Position numbers and translations under genes: made by a program. Source: Nitrosomonas europaea (GTDB lineage Bacteria > Pseudomonadota > Gammaproteobacteria > Burkholderiales > Nitrosomonadaceae). Taken from it: 32,000 bases of DNA. The DNA is taken from the NCBI RefSeq assembly GCF_900167395.1, contig NZ_FUWK01000001.1, forward strand, positions 1 to 32,000, read 5' to 3'. The notes beneath the pieces were generated by a model that was not told the DNA's origin, ran no database searches, and saw only the letters and a program-made list of their open reading frames with translations. Shown here piece after piece: positions 1-8,126 of this stretch (its first letter is position 1; the number at the start of each line of letters is the position of its first letter).

Positions 1-2
1 TT

Positions 3-329
3 CTGGAAAAAGATGTCATTTTCTGCAGCGATGGTGCGGCTGTTTATCGATCCGTGGCCCGCAGTCTTGGAATCACCCATCGTCCCGTCAATCTTGCTGC
101 CGGGGTTCGAGTCATCGCTGGTGTCTATCATATTCAGAACGTTAACGCTTACCACAGCCGGCTCAAACAATGGATGAAACGATTCCATGGCGTTGCTACC
201 CGGTATCTGGAAAATTACCTCGGATGGTTCAGGTGGCTCGATCAACAGGAAAATCTCAGTTCACCTATTGTCCCACTGCAAGCCGCTCTCGGCCGGGAAA
301 ATCAGTTTCAACTGTTAACGAATACATAG
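3..329 (+). mobile_element. IS1595-family (ISXO2-like) transposase gene, C-terminal part; runs off the left edge of the window
   Basis: The frame is open from base 3 to TAG at 327-329. The translation ...VYHIQNVNAYHSRLKQWMKRFHGVATRYLENYLGWFRW... matches the conserved C-terminal block I recognise from IS1595/ISXO2-type DDE transposases. The terminal inverted repeat was not identified. Confidence 0.75.
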
Positions 330-1282
330 CCAATTTCAACCACGGTCTTACCCTGAATTTCCTCGTTCCTGTACCCCGTAACCGATTCAAAAGCAGCATT
401 GACCGCTATCACGCGCCATACTGGCTCGACGCAAACCATCATCGGGATCGGAGCCAGGTCGAATGCCTTGGAAAAACCCTCTTCGCTGCGTTTCAGAGAC
501 TCCTCGGCCTGCTTACATGCATCCAGATCGATAAAGGTAAACATCATGCATGCTTCATTGGCGACTTCGATCGGTTGACCAGCCACAATCACGAATTTGT
601 CGATTCCCCCTTGCACACGCAATATCGCCTCCTGTTGCGCAATGGGTTCACCCTGCTGAAGTGATTGGATCGCCTGTTCGCGATATTCAGCTTCACGCAA
701 AACATCCAATTCGTACAACGATTTATCAATGACCTGATCACTGCTGTAACCCGTCATTCTCAGGAAACCACGGTTCACTTTGATGTATCGGGTATCCGAC
801 AACCGGCAAACCACCGCAGGTGCAGGATTGACCGCAAAAGCGCGTTCAAAACGCCCTTCAGCATTGACTTGTTCGGTCTCATCCCTGATCACGATGGCCA
901 CAGCCTCGACTTCATCATGCGCTCCTGTGAACAGCACACTGCGCATGACAAGCACACGACGGAAATCGGAGTTTTTCCGGCGTAGCGTCAGTTCCACCCT
1001 GACATCATCGAATTCCTCGCCTGAGACGGCACGCGCCACCGGATATTGTCTGGCAGCAAGTTTATGGTGATTCAGGTACATCAGCACAAAGCGCTTATGG
1101 TACTGGGCAGCAGTTACTCCAAGTTCTGCAAGCTGCTCACAACCATGCATGGCAAGTGCAGCCTTGTTAGCCCAGGTAATCTTGCCACTCGGATCAATCA
1201 GGAGAACTCCCTCAACCAGATGTGAGATGAGTTGCTGAAGCTGTTCCCGACCGGTATCCGGCTTGTTCTGTTTTGTATCCAT
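308..1282 (-). CDS. Multi-PAS-domain sensor protein with no output domain; probably 3'-truncated at the IS junction
   Basis: I prefer the ATG at 1282 (MDTKQNK...), which is preceded by a GGGGG SD-like run. Two full PAS-like units are present (LIDPSGKITWANKAALAMHG..., NPAPAVVCRLSDTRYIKVNRGFLRMTGYS...). A third (PIPMMVCVEPVWRVIAVNAAFESVTGYRNEEIQGKT...) stops after about 55 aa, and the stop at 308 lies inside the 3' end of the transposase ORF. Confidence 0.7.
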   Translation of the reverse strand: MDTKQNKPDTGREQLQQLISHLVEGVLLIDPSGKITWANKAALAMHGCEQLAELGVTAAQYHKRFVLMYLNHHKLAARQYPVARAVSGEEFDDVRVELTLRRKNSDFRRVLVMRSVLFTGAHDEVEAVAIVIRDETEQVNAEGRFERAFAVNPAPAVVCRLSDTRYIKVNRGFLRMTGYSSDQVIDKSLYELDVLREAEYREQAIQSLQQGEPIAQQEAILRVQGGIDKFVIVAGQPIEVANEACMMFTFIDLDACKQAEESLKRSEEGFSKAFDLAPIPMMVCVEPVWRVIAVNAAFESVTGYRNEEIQGKTVVEIGYVFVNS

Positions 1283-1620
1283 ACGCCCCCTGCAAGGCAA
1301 ATCTCTACCAGAACCCGAGGTTTCCATACTCAATCACAAAATGATAAGAGAAATGATAATGGTATAGAAATACTACATTATTCAGTAAATTTGAATCTTA
1401 CTTGTCTGCATAGTGCCATGATCTAATGAATGCGGCCAGTCAATGAAGTAGTAGCGTACTACCGCACGCCTGGCTATCCCATGCAGGTGTTCAGTAGTCA
1501 CATACAGCAAAAGTACGATAAGCAGGTATGTCTGATCGATAAACATAGCTGACTTGTGCATAAGCTGAAAAACTGCTGGCCAGCTCTAATTTTTGATAGA
1601 ACAGGACAAGGAGAACTATC

Positions 1621-1977
1621 ATGAAAATCAAAACTTTACTTTCAATCATTACTGCAATGGCCTTGTTGATACTTGGTACTGAAGTAGCAACCGCACAATC
1701 TACGGGGGTGCCTACTATTGACAGCGGATCTCCGGAAAGCAATCAGCCGTTGAATGATACGATGATTACTACCAAGGTCAAAGCAGAGCTGGCCATCGCC
1801 GAAGGGATCAAAAGTGGTGATATATCAGTCGAGACAGTTAATGGCGTAGTTATACTCACTGGTACACAACCAAACGAAATGCTGATCAAGAAAGCCGAGG
1901 AAGTTGCCAAGAGCGTCAAAGATGTCAAGCAGGTAGATATCTCCGGCCTGACAGTGAATACCACCACAGCCGATTAA
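1621..1977 (+). CDS. Secreted BON-domain protein (OsmY-like)
   Basis: AAGGAGAA RBS lies upstream. The signal peptide is MKIKTLLSIITAMALLILGTEVATAQ. BON-like core: DTMITTKVKAELA...ISVETVNGVVILTGTQPN...KAEEVAKSVKDVKQV. Confidence 0.8.
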   Translation: MKIKTLLSIITAMALLILGTEVATAQSTGVPTIDSGSPESNQPLNDTMITTKVKAELAIAEGIKSGDISVETVNGVVILTGTQPNEMLIKKAEEVAKSVKDVKQVDISGLTVNTTTAD

Positions 1978-2028
1978 TCAGACTGGCAGCAGTTGTTTAT
2001 TTTTAACCTGAATAAAAAGGAGTCAAAA

Positions 2029-2148
2029 ATGAACGAAGACAGAATCAAGGGTCAGTGGAAGCAATTGGCAGGAAAAATCAAGGAGCGCTACGGCATTGCT
2101 CATGATGAAGCCAGGAAACAGGTCAAAAAGTTTCACGACTCGCTGTAA
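2029..2148 (+). CDS. CsbD-family small stress protein (39 aa; below the ORF-track cutoff)
   Basis: AAGGAG lies 7 nt upstream of the ATG. The translation MNEDRIKGQWKQLAGKIKERYGIAHDEARKQVKKFHDSL carries the CsbD signature (KGxWKQxxGKxKExxG). Confidence 0.7.
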   Translation: MNEDRIKGQWKQLAGKIKERYGIAHDEARKQVKKFHDSL

Positions 2149-2166
2149 GGCTAATGCTGTTGGCAA

Positions 2167-2200
2167 GCACGAAATACATCAATACCGGTGTATTTCGTGC
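2167..2200 (+). terminator. Stem-loop downstream of the CsbD gene (12-bp stem, 10-nt loop)
   Basis: GCACGAAATACA (2167-2178) pairs perfectly with TGTATTTCGTGC (2189-2200). The nearest T-run (TGTTTTGT) is about 10 nt downstream rather than adjacent, so intrinsic-terminator status is uncertain. Confidence 0.45.
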
Positions 2201-2277
2201 AACATGCTGTTTTGTGTACCTGGCACAAACCATAACCCAGGTAATGTTGTAATCGTGATGGAAACCAGAGAAACATA

Positions 2278-2340
2278 ATGCTGCATTACGCCATCATTTT
2301 TGATCACCACGCATATCCAGAATTTTTCGGTTTTATTTGA
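2278..2340 (+). pseudogene. Degenerate remnant of a DUF1328 (YtjA-like) gene start
   Basis: A 20-codon ORF, MLHYAIIFDHHAYPEFFGFI*, mirrors the N-terminus of the intact neighbour (MLKWAIIFAIISFISGVFGF) at both its start and its end. Confidence 0.35.
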
Positions 2341-2398
2341 AGCTCTCAGTCTGGCAATGAATCAGACCGAATTCTCAATCAAGACCAGGAGCAAACAA

Positions 2399-2572
2399 AT
2401 GCTCAAATGGGCCATCATCTTCGCGATCATTTCATTCATTTCGGGTGTATTTGGTTTCAGAAGCACCAGTGCCGGCACGGCATCAATCGCAAAATTTCTA
2501 TTTTTCCTGTTCGCGCTTATTACGCTTGTGTTGCTTGTTCTCGGGCTTCTCGGCATTGGGGTGGTAGCTTGA
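2399..2572 (+). CDS. DUF1328/UPF0391 small membrane protein (YtjA-like), 57 aa
   Basis: I prefer the internal ATG at 2399 with an AGGAG RBS. The translation MLKWAIIFAIISFISGVFGFRSTSAGTASIAKFLFFLFALITLVLLVLGLLGIG is the typical two-helix DUF1328 pattern. Confidence 0.75.
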   Translation: MLKWAIIFAIISFISGVFGFRSTSAGTASIAKFLFFLFALITLVLLVLGLLGIGVVA

Positions 2573-2686
2573 CACAGAAAATATAAAATGCCAGGTGACT
2601 ATCATTGAAAAGTGCGATATTTTTCTAAATGTATGTTGCATAAACTACCTGACTCAAACCATACACTTTTATAAAGGAGAAATATC

Positions 2687-3007
2687 ATGATGATATCTCG
2701 TGCAATTGCAATCGTGGTCATCGCCAGCGCTTCCATGGTAATGGTTTCCAGCTGTTCAGTCGCACGGCACCAGGAGTCCGTGGGTGAATATGTAGATGGC
2801 TCGATTATCACGACAGAGGTTAAAGCCAAGTTGGCAAATGATCCCGGCACTTCAGCAGCCAATATCAACGTCAAAACCATAGAAGGTGGTGAAGTGCAAC
2901 TGTCCGGATTTACCAAATCACAAGCGGAAAAAAACCGTGCAGGCGAGCTGGCGCGTACTGTCAAGGGTGTCACCAGAGTACATAACAACCTGGTAGTGAA
3001 GCCTTGA
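2687..3007 (+). CDS. BON-domain lipoprotein
   Basis: AAGGAGAA RBS lies upstream. A lipobox-like ...MVMVSSC is followed by the BON core DGSIITTEVKAKLANDP...INVKTIEGGEVQLSGFTKSQAEKNRAGELARTVKGVTRVHNNL. Confidence 0.8.
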   Translation: MMISRAIAIVVIASASMVMVSSCSVARHQESVGEYVDGSIITTEVKAKLANDPGTSAANINVKTIEGGEVQLSGFTKSQAEKNRAGELARTVKGVTRVHNNLVVKP

Positions 3008-3176
3008 CGAGCGCCAGCGCTTGACAAAATCGCGGAGTAGTAGCTCCGCACAACATGATCATTGCTGTTTTGCTGTATAGCGTGCTCGCAGCATTACTGC
3101 TAGTAAAGGGCCGGTTCATGGATTTTTCGCTTGCAGCGCTTATGATGATCTTGGCTTCTTGCCCAATATTTTGGTC

Positions 3177-3327
3177 TTTAGGGAATCTCTGAAAAACGTC
3201 GACGAGATAGTCAGTTCAAGGCAAAAATCTGCGAAAAAGCGGAGTTTATACGTAATAAATGAGCATTTTAAGCCGATTTTTAACGCAGAAATGGCAACGC
3301 AGGTAGTTTTTCAGAGGTTCCTTAGGG
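3177..3327. repeat. Imperfect inverted repeat (about 21-nt arms, 108-nt spacer); MITE-like or structured-RNA element
   Basis: TTTAGGGAATCTCTGAAAAAC (3177-3197) pairs with GTTTTTCAGAGGTTCCTTAGGG (3306-3327). The innermost 11 bp are perfect; further out there are only a few G-T appositions. Confidence 0.4.
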
Positions 3328-3396
3328 CTACGAACAGAACCGGGATGACTGCTATGTTGTAGACAAGTACGGGTTTCCCAAACCAGCAAGATTACA

Positions 3397-3437
3397 TTGA
3401 AACTACTATCCGACCATATATAATGAGAATCATTATC
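3397..3437 (+). promoter_or_regulatory. Sigma70-type promoter overlapped by a Fur box, upstream of fecI
   Basis: TTGAAA (3397-3402), a 16-nt spacer, then TATAAT (3419-3424). TATAATGAGAATCATTATC (3419-3437) matches the Fur consensus GATAATGATAATCATTATC at 17 of 19 positions. Confidence 0.75.
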
Positions 3438-3532
3438 GAAGTTTTGTACAGATTCTCTGATGGATATTCTGGATACCCGTGATGCTTGGAGTATAGCCTT
3501 TCGTCATATCGATGGGTTTACTTTGATGATCA

Positions 3533-4066
3533 ATGAAATACTTGCTGGAGCCTGCTTTGAGCGTTAATCCCATCCATTCTGACTCGATTACCGAGCTGTA
3601 TCAGGACCATCACGGCTGGCTCCATGGTTGGTTACGCAAAAAACTCGGGTGTTCTCATCAGGCGGCTGATCTCGCGCACGATACCTTTATGCGCCTGCTC
3701 ACACGGGAAGAGCCAATTCTCATTCAGGAACCACGCGCTTTTCTGACTACGGTCGCACAACGGGTTCTGGCGAATCACTGGCGACGTAAGCAGATCGAGC
3801 AAGCCTATTTTGAGATGCTTGTACAGCATCCCGAGGCTTCAGTTCTTTCAGCCGAAGAATGCGCCATTCTGCTGGAAACACTCCTGGAAATCGATCATCT
3901 GCTGAATCGTTTACCACTACCGGTCAAACGTGCTTTTTTATATGCTCAGTTGGATGGCATGAGTCATGCCGAGATTGCGGCTGAATTGAATATTTCGATT
4001 ACGACCGTTAAACGCTATCTGATCAAAGCCGGTGCACAATGCTACTTTGCACTGGTAATCGATTGA
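3533..4066 (+). CDS. fecI: ECF sigma factor, FecI-like
   Basis: LYQDHHGWLHGWLRKKLGCSHQAADLAHDTFMRLL (region 2) and MSHAEIAAELNISITTVKRYL (region 4 HTH). It lies immediately upstream of a FecR-like gene. Confidence 0.9.
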   Translation: MKYLLEPALSVNPIHSDSITELYQDHHGWLHGWLRKKLGCSHQAADLAHDTFMRLLTREEPILIQEPRAFLTTVAQRVLANHWRRKQIEQAYFEMLVQHPEASVLSAEECAILLETLLEIDHLLNRLPLPVKRAFLYAQLDGMSHAEIAAELNISITTVKRYLIKAGAQCYFALVID

Positions 4067-5116
4067 ATGCATCTCGATAACGAGGCTGATCACCATTCTG
4101 AAAACAAGGCAGAGGCTCCCGGTATTCAGCCAGCCGTCACTCGGAATGTAGCTGATATTTCACCGCAGATTGCCCAGTGCGCAGTGGAATGGTTAGTCGA
4201 ACTACAAGCGGCTGATCACGACGAAGCCACCCATGAAGCATTTCAGCGATGGCTGGCGGCACATCCCGATCACAAACTTGCCTGGCAACATATCGAGACA
4301 GTCAATACCCGCTTCAACGGGCTGACTTCACCGCTTGGTTCAGCTGTTGCCAAAGCTGTTTTGACGCCACGTCGTTCCCTTAAGCGTCGCCAGATCATCA
4401 AGACACTGGTCGTCATATTGTTCGCTGGTAGTACCGGCTGGTGGGCTGATGAAAAAATTCCCTGGCGGGCATGGACAGCCGATGAACGCACTCATATCGG
4501 TCAACGGCGCAACATCACACTTGCTGATGGCAGCCGCGTCGTTCTCAATACCGATACCGCCATCAATATCCGGTTCACGGCAAATGAACGCCGACTGCAA
4601 TTGGTACGTGGTGAAATTCTGGTTACCACAAATCAGGATAGCGCATCGATTGTGCGTCCTTTCATCGTTGAAATCGCTCAAAGCGAACTGCGTCCGCTTG
4701 GCACTCGCTTCACCATTCATCAGCAGACAACGTCGAATCGCCTGAGCGTATTCGAGGGAGCGGTCGAAATCCGGCTGCGCCAGGATATCAACTACCGGCA
4801 TATCGTGCAGGCCGGAGAGCAAGTCGATTTCAGCAATCAGGGTATTCATGAAATACACCCGGCTGATGACACGAGCACCGCGTGGAGTAATGGCATGATC
4901 ATCGCCAGCAGTATGCGGCTGGCTGATTTTCTGGCTGAACTGGATCGCCATCGTCCCGGCAAACTCAACTGCGATCCGGCCGTAGCCGATCTGCGCGTTT
5001 CCGGCACCTATCCCCTCACCGACCCGGAGGATATTCTGGATGCGCTGCAAACCACCTTGCCTGTAAAGATCCAGTACTTCACGCGCTATTGGGTAACAGT
5101 AAGGCCTGCATCGTAA
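4067..5116 (+). CDS. fecR: FecR-family anti-sigma / transmembrane sensor
   Basis: The ATG abuts the fecI stop. N-terminal AVEWLVELQA...AFQRWLAAHPDHKLAWQ, one TM segment (IIKTLVVILFAGSTGWW), and a FecR core (...LADGSRVVLNTDTAI...VRGEILV...GTRF...VFEGAV). Confidence 0.9.
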   Translation: MHLDNEADHHSENKAEAPGIQPAVTRNVADISPQIAQCAVEWLVELQAADHDEATHEAFQRWLAAHPDHKLAWQHIETVNTRFNGLTSPLGSAVAKAVLTPRRSLKRRQIIKTLVVILFAGSTGWWADEKIPWRAWTADERTHIGQRRNITLADGSRVVLNTDTAINIRFTANERRLQLVRGEILVTTNQDSASIVRPFIVEIAQSELRPLGTRFTIHQQTTSNRLSVFEGAVEIRLRQDINYRHIVQAGEQVDFSNQGIHEIHPADDTSTAWSNGMIIASSMRLADFLAELDRHRPGKLNCDPAVADLRVSGTYPLTDPEDILDALQTTLPVKIQYFTRYWVTVRPAS

Positions 5117-5246
5117 GTTACCTCAGATACCTCCATCTGCCTGAAAAAATTTTCCTGTTAAGTGGTCTTTTTTCGATTCTCGCGGGACATAGGAAACGAG
5201 TACCTCTTTTTTAACTCGCTTCATTTAACCCGACAGGAATCGGAAC

Positions 5247-7709
5247 ATGAATCATCCGCATAATCATTTCTATGTTTTCTGTGAAAGGCATTTACCAGGC
5301 ATTGTATGGGCAAGTATTATCTGCCATACATTGACCACCCTTACGATCCTTCTGCCGCCTGATAGCGTTCAGGCTGCCGAAACACCCGCCCGGAACGTTC
5401 CCGCTGTTACCCCTTCCCGCAAAACCTATCACATCGCTGCCGGTTCGCTGGAAACAGTGCTTAACCATTTTGGCCGTGAAGCGGGCATCCTGCTTACCTT
5501 CTCGCCGGATACGACTGCTGGCCTGCAAAGTACGGGATTACAGGGCAGCTATACACTCCAGGAAGGGCTGGATCGATTACTGGCCGGAAGTAACCTGTAT
5601 GCAGTACGAGATACCAATGGAAAATACAGCTTGCATAAACTGTCGAAAGCAAGTGCAGCAGAAGGAAACGCAACAATACTACCGGAGATCACGGTGGCTG
5701 CCGATAGCGGACAGACGGGAGGTCTGCCCCAACCCTATGTGGGGGGACAGGTGGCAAGAGGGGGCGACTCGGAATTTTAGGCAATCGAGACATCATGGAC
5801 ACACCATTCAATCAAACGAGCTACACGGCGGAATTAATACAGAATCAGCAGGTGCATCATGTCGCTGATATCCTGAATAATGATCCAACCGCTCATGCAA
5901 ATGGATCCACGTCCACAGGGGCGGATGATTTCAGCATCCGCGGCTTTTATGTCGGGAATACGGATCTACTGTTCAATGGCATGGCAGGTGTCACTCCCTC
6001 CTTTTTCAATTCCATGATGGCTGAATCCATCGAACGTGTCGAAATACTTAAGGGTCCGAATGCTCTGCTTAATGGTGTCACTCCGAATGGTAGCGTGGGC
6101 GGCGTAATCAATATGATCCCCAAGCGGGCGGGCAACCAGCCGCTAACCCAGTTCACTGCTAGCTATATTTCCGATTCCCAGTTCGGCGGGCATGTCGATA
6201 TCGGCCGACGCTATGGCTCAGACAAACAATTCGGTGTGCGCCTCAATGGCGTATATCGAAATGGTAATACTCCTATCAATTATCAATCACGGGAATCTGC
6301 CTTAGCAGCAATTGGTCTTGATTATCGGGGTAAGCGCCTGCGTTTATCTACAGACTTTGGCTATCAGTATCAGAATTTGCAAGGCATCCGCGACTACACG
6401 ACAGTTGCTGCGGGCGTGCCAATTCCCAAAGCACCTGGTACTCGTAACAATTACGATGGCCCTTATGATTTCAGCAATCCAGAAGTTCTATATGGTACGT
6501 TTCGTGGAGAATATGATTTGACCAGCTATTTAACTGGATTTGTTGCTGTGGGCGGCAGCGAGCGCAGCACGCGCTATATCTTGACCAATCGAACCATTAT
6601 CGATGCACACGGTAATCTGATGGCTGGTTCTAGTGGTGTCGGCCTATCGGCTGATAAGATGTACGCATGGACGCTGGAAACTGGGTTGCAAGGGCGCTTT
6701 ACGACGGGTGTGGTGCAACATCAAACGATTCTAGTTTATACGACTCTCGACAGAGAATGGAGACGAATTAGTGTGCCCGCGCCCTTAGCTTACCCGGCGT
6801 CGAACATCTACCATCCAACATTCGGGCCCAAACCAGATCCATCTTTACAGCCGGGTCCGGGCGATGCGCGGAAAATGCAGGATTTGACGCTATCCAGTAT
6901 AGCGCTGGCTGATTGCACGCTTGCAGAAAATTGACTCCACTGGCTTTAACAGGAATACCGGTGCTATCACTTCCAGTTATAAAGAAGACAAGATAACGCC
7001 AATGGTTGGTCTGGTGGTCAAACCCTGGCAGCAGGTGTCACTATACGCGAACTATATACAAGGCTTGCAACAGGGTCCTACCGCACCGTTGACAGCGGCC
7101 AATGCCGGGGAAGTTTTCGCACCCTTCGTAACCCAGCAATACGAAGTTGGTACCAAGATAGACTTCGGTCACATTGCCACTACTTTGGCACTTTATCAGG
7201 TTGCCCAGCCTAGCGGCATTATCGACCCTGCCACTAATGTCTTTGGCGTCCATGGTAAACAACGTCACCGCGGGGTGGATTTCAACGTCTTTGGTGAAGT
7301 AATCAGAGGTGTACGCCTGCTAGGGGGTGCGGCCTATATCGATTCTGAATTGACTAGAACACAGAATGGCATCAACGATGGCAATCGAGGACCTGCCGTT
7401 CCCAAATGGCGGCTAGTGCTCGGTGCGGAATGGGATACACCTTTCTTCACAGGATTTACCTTGTTCGGTCGAGTCACTCACAATGGCCCCATGTATCTCA
7501 ATGCGGGCAACACTCAAAAAATCCCTGACTGGACACGATTGGATATGGGCGCCCGATATATGTTTGAACGATCCAATGGCAAACTCATCACCCTGCGTGC
7601 AAATATTAATAATGTACTCGGTAAAAACTACTGGGATGCGAATGCTTTCGGTCAACTTACCTTGAGTGATCCCCGAGTCTTCTTGGTTTCAGCAACCGTT
7701 GATTTTTAA
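5247..7709 (+). pseudogene. TonB-dependent siderophore transducer (STN signalling domain + plug + barrel), inactivated by at least two frame-disrupting lesions
   Basis: Three consecutive ORF pieces (5247-5780, 5795-6934, 6921-7709) join into one receptor. The pieces carry the STN domain (YHIAAGSLETVLNHFGREAGILLTF...), the plug (DTPFNQTSYTAELIQNQQ..., RVEILKGPNALL) and a barrel ending ...RVFLVSATVDF. Lesion 1 is a 1-nt loss at the G5 run 5760-5764 (ARGG then RLGILGNRDIMDTPFN in another frame). Lesion 2 is near 6911-6916 (IALAD then ARLQKIDSTGFN in another frame, with about 15 aa apparently missing). Confidence 0.85.
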
Positions 7710-7714
7710 CACAA

Positions 7715-7749
7715 TTGATGGTTCCCACGCTTCGCGTGGGAACCATCAA
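7715..7749. other. Perfect 16-bp-stem hairpin directly after the receptor pseudogene; left edge of the cas island
   Basis: TTGATGGTTCCCACGC (7715-7730), loop TTC, then GCGTGGGAACCATCAA (7734-7749). There is no U-tract on either strand. Confidence 0.5.
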
Positions 7750-8048
7750 ACTCGCAATGAACTGTCCGGCTTCATGGTCAGGCTGGAAAAAGGTGACCTA
7801 CATCACGAACAGCCTCAATAGCCAAGACGGACCTGATCTCTACCCCTCCTCCCTCTTGACTAAAATACGTCTATTCCAGACGAGTGTTCAAACATAGGAA
7901 ATATGGTATTACCAGTTTCCTGCAAACGTGTCTCACGCCGAGAAGATATCAACCCGCAAATATCTGTTTCATAAGCCCGCCTGCCCATGGGCATATAATT
8001 TGATGATCCTGGAAACGTACCGTCATTGACAGGTACATTCAATTCGTT

Positions 8049-8062
8049 CGGCAAGCTTGCCG
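8049..8062. repeat. Palindrome CGGCAAGCTTGCCG (copy 1), 65 bp upstream of cas10
   Basis: Perfect 14-bp palindrome read directly from the sequence. It shares the GGCAAGCTTGCC core with the copies at 10681 and 17311. Confidence 0.8.
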
Positions 8063-8126
8063 TTGTATCTGTTACCAGATGACTGATACACAATCAGCAT
8101 CATTAAATCTTCCGGAATAATTTTAT

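Noticed and set aside
104-113. GGTTCGAGTC, resembling a tRNA T-arm
   Set aside because: It lies inside the transposase reading frame, and no acceptor or anticodon stems can be built around it.
170-1070. Plus-strand ORFs 170-664, 550-732, 665-985 and 780-1070
   Set aside because: They lie antisense to the well-supported PAS-domain gene. Their translations are low-complexity with no recognisable motifs or RBS, so they are shadow ORFs.
1339-1367. Tandem AATGATAA-gag-AAATGATAA in the PAS/BON divergent promoter region, which looks Fur-box-like
   Set aside because: The best alignment to the 19-bp Fur consensus is only about 11/19, far weaker than the 17/19 box at 3419-3437.
1491-1967. Minus-strand ORFs 1491-1742 and 1743-1967
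   Set aside because: They lie antisense to the BON-domain gene and its upstream region and have no motifs, so they are shadow ORFs.
2602-3051. Minus-strand 149-aa ORF
   Set aside because: It lies antisense to the BON lipoprotein gene, which has an RBS, a lipobox and a clear domain.
3055-3192. 45-aa two-helix hydrophobic ORF (MIIAVLLYSVLAALLLVKGRFMDFSLAALMMILASCPIFWSLGNL)
   Set aside because: It is attractive as a small membrane protein in a stress cluster. However, it has no Shine-Dalgarno sequence, its 3' end runs into the inverted-repeat arm, and I cannot test conservation.
3159-3362. 67-aa ORF from the track
   Set aside because: It has a non-ATG start and spans the inverted-repeat element. 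The sequence is basic and low-complexity and shows no motif.
4270-5050. Minus-strand ORFs 4270-4491 and 4340-5050 (236 aa), and plus-strand ORF 4449-4745
   Set aside because: They are antisense or out-of-frame within the confidently assigned fecR gene.
7994-7999. Perfect TATAAT hexamer upstream of cas10
   Set aside because: There is no acceptable -35 at 16-18 bp (ATAAGC/CATAAG), so I do not call a promoter from sequence alone.
7860-8093. Minus-strand 77-aa ORF in the cas10 upstream region
   Set aside because: It has no RBS and no motif, and it would read through the palindrome. The region is more likely regulatory.
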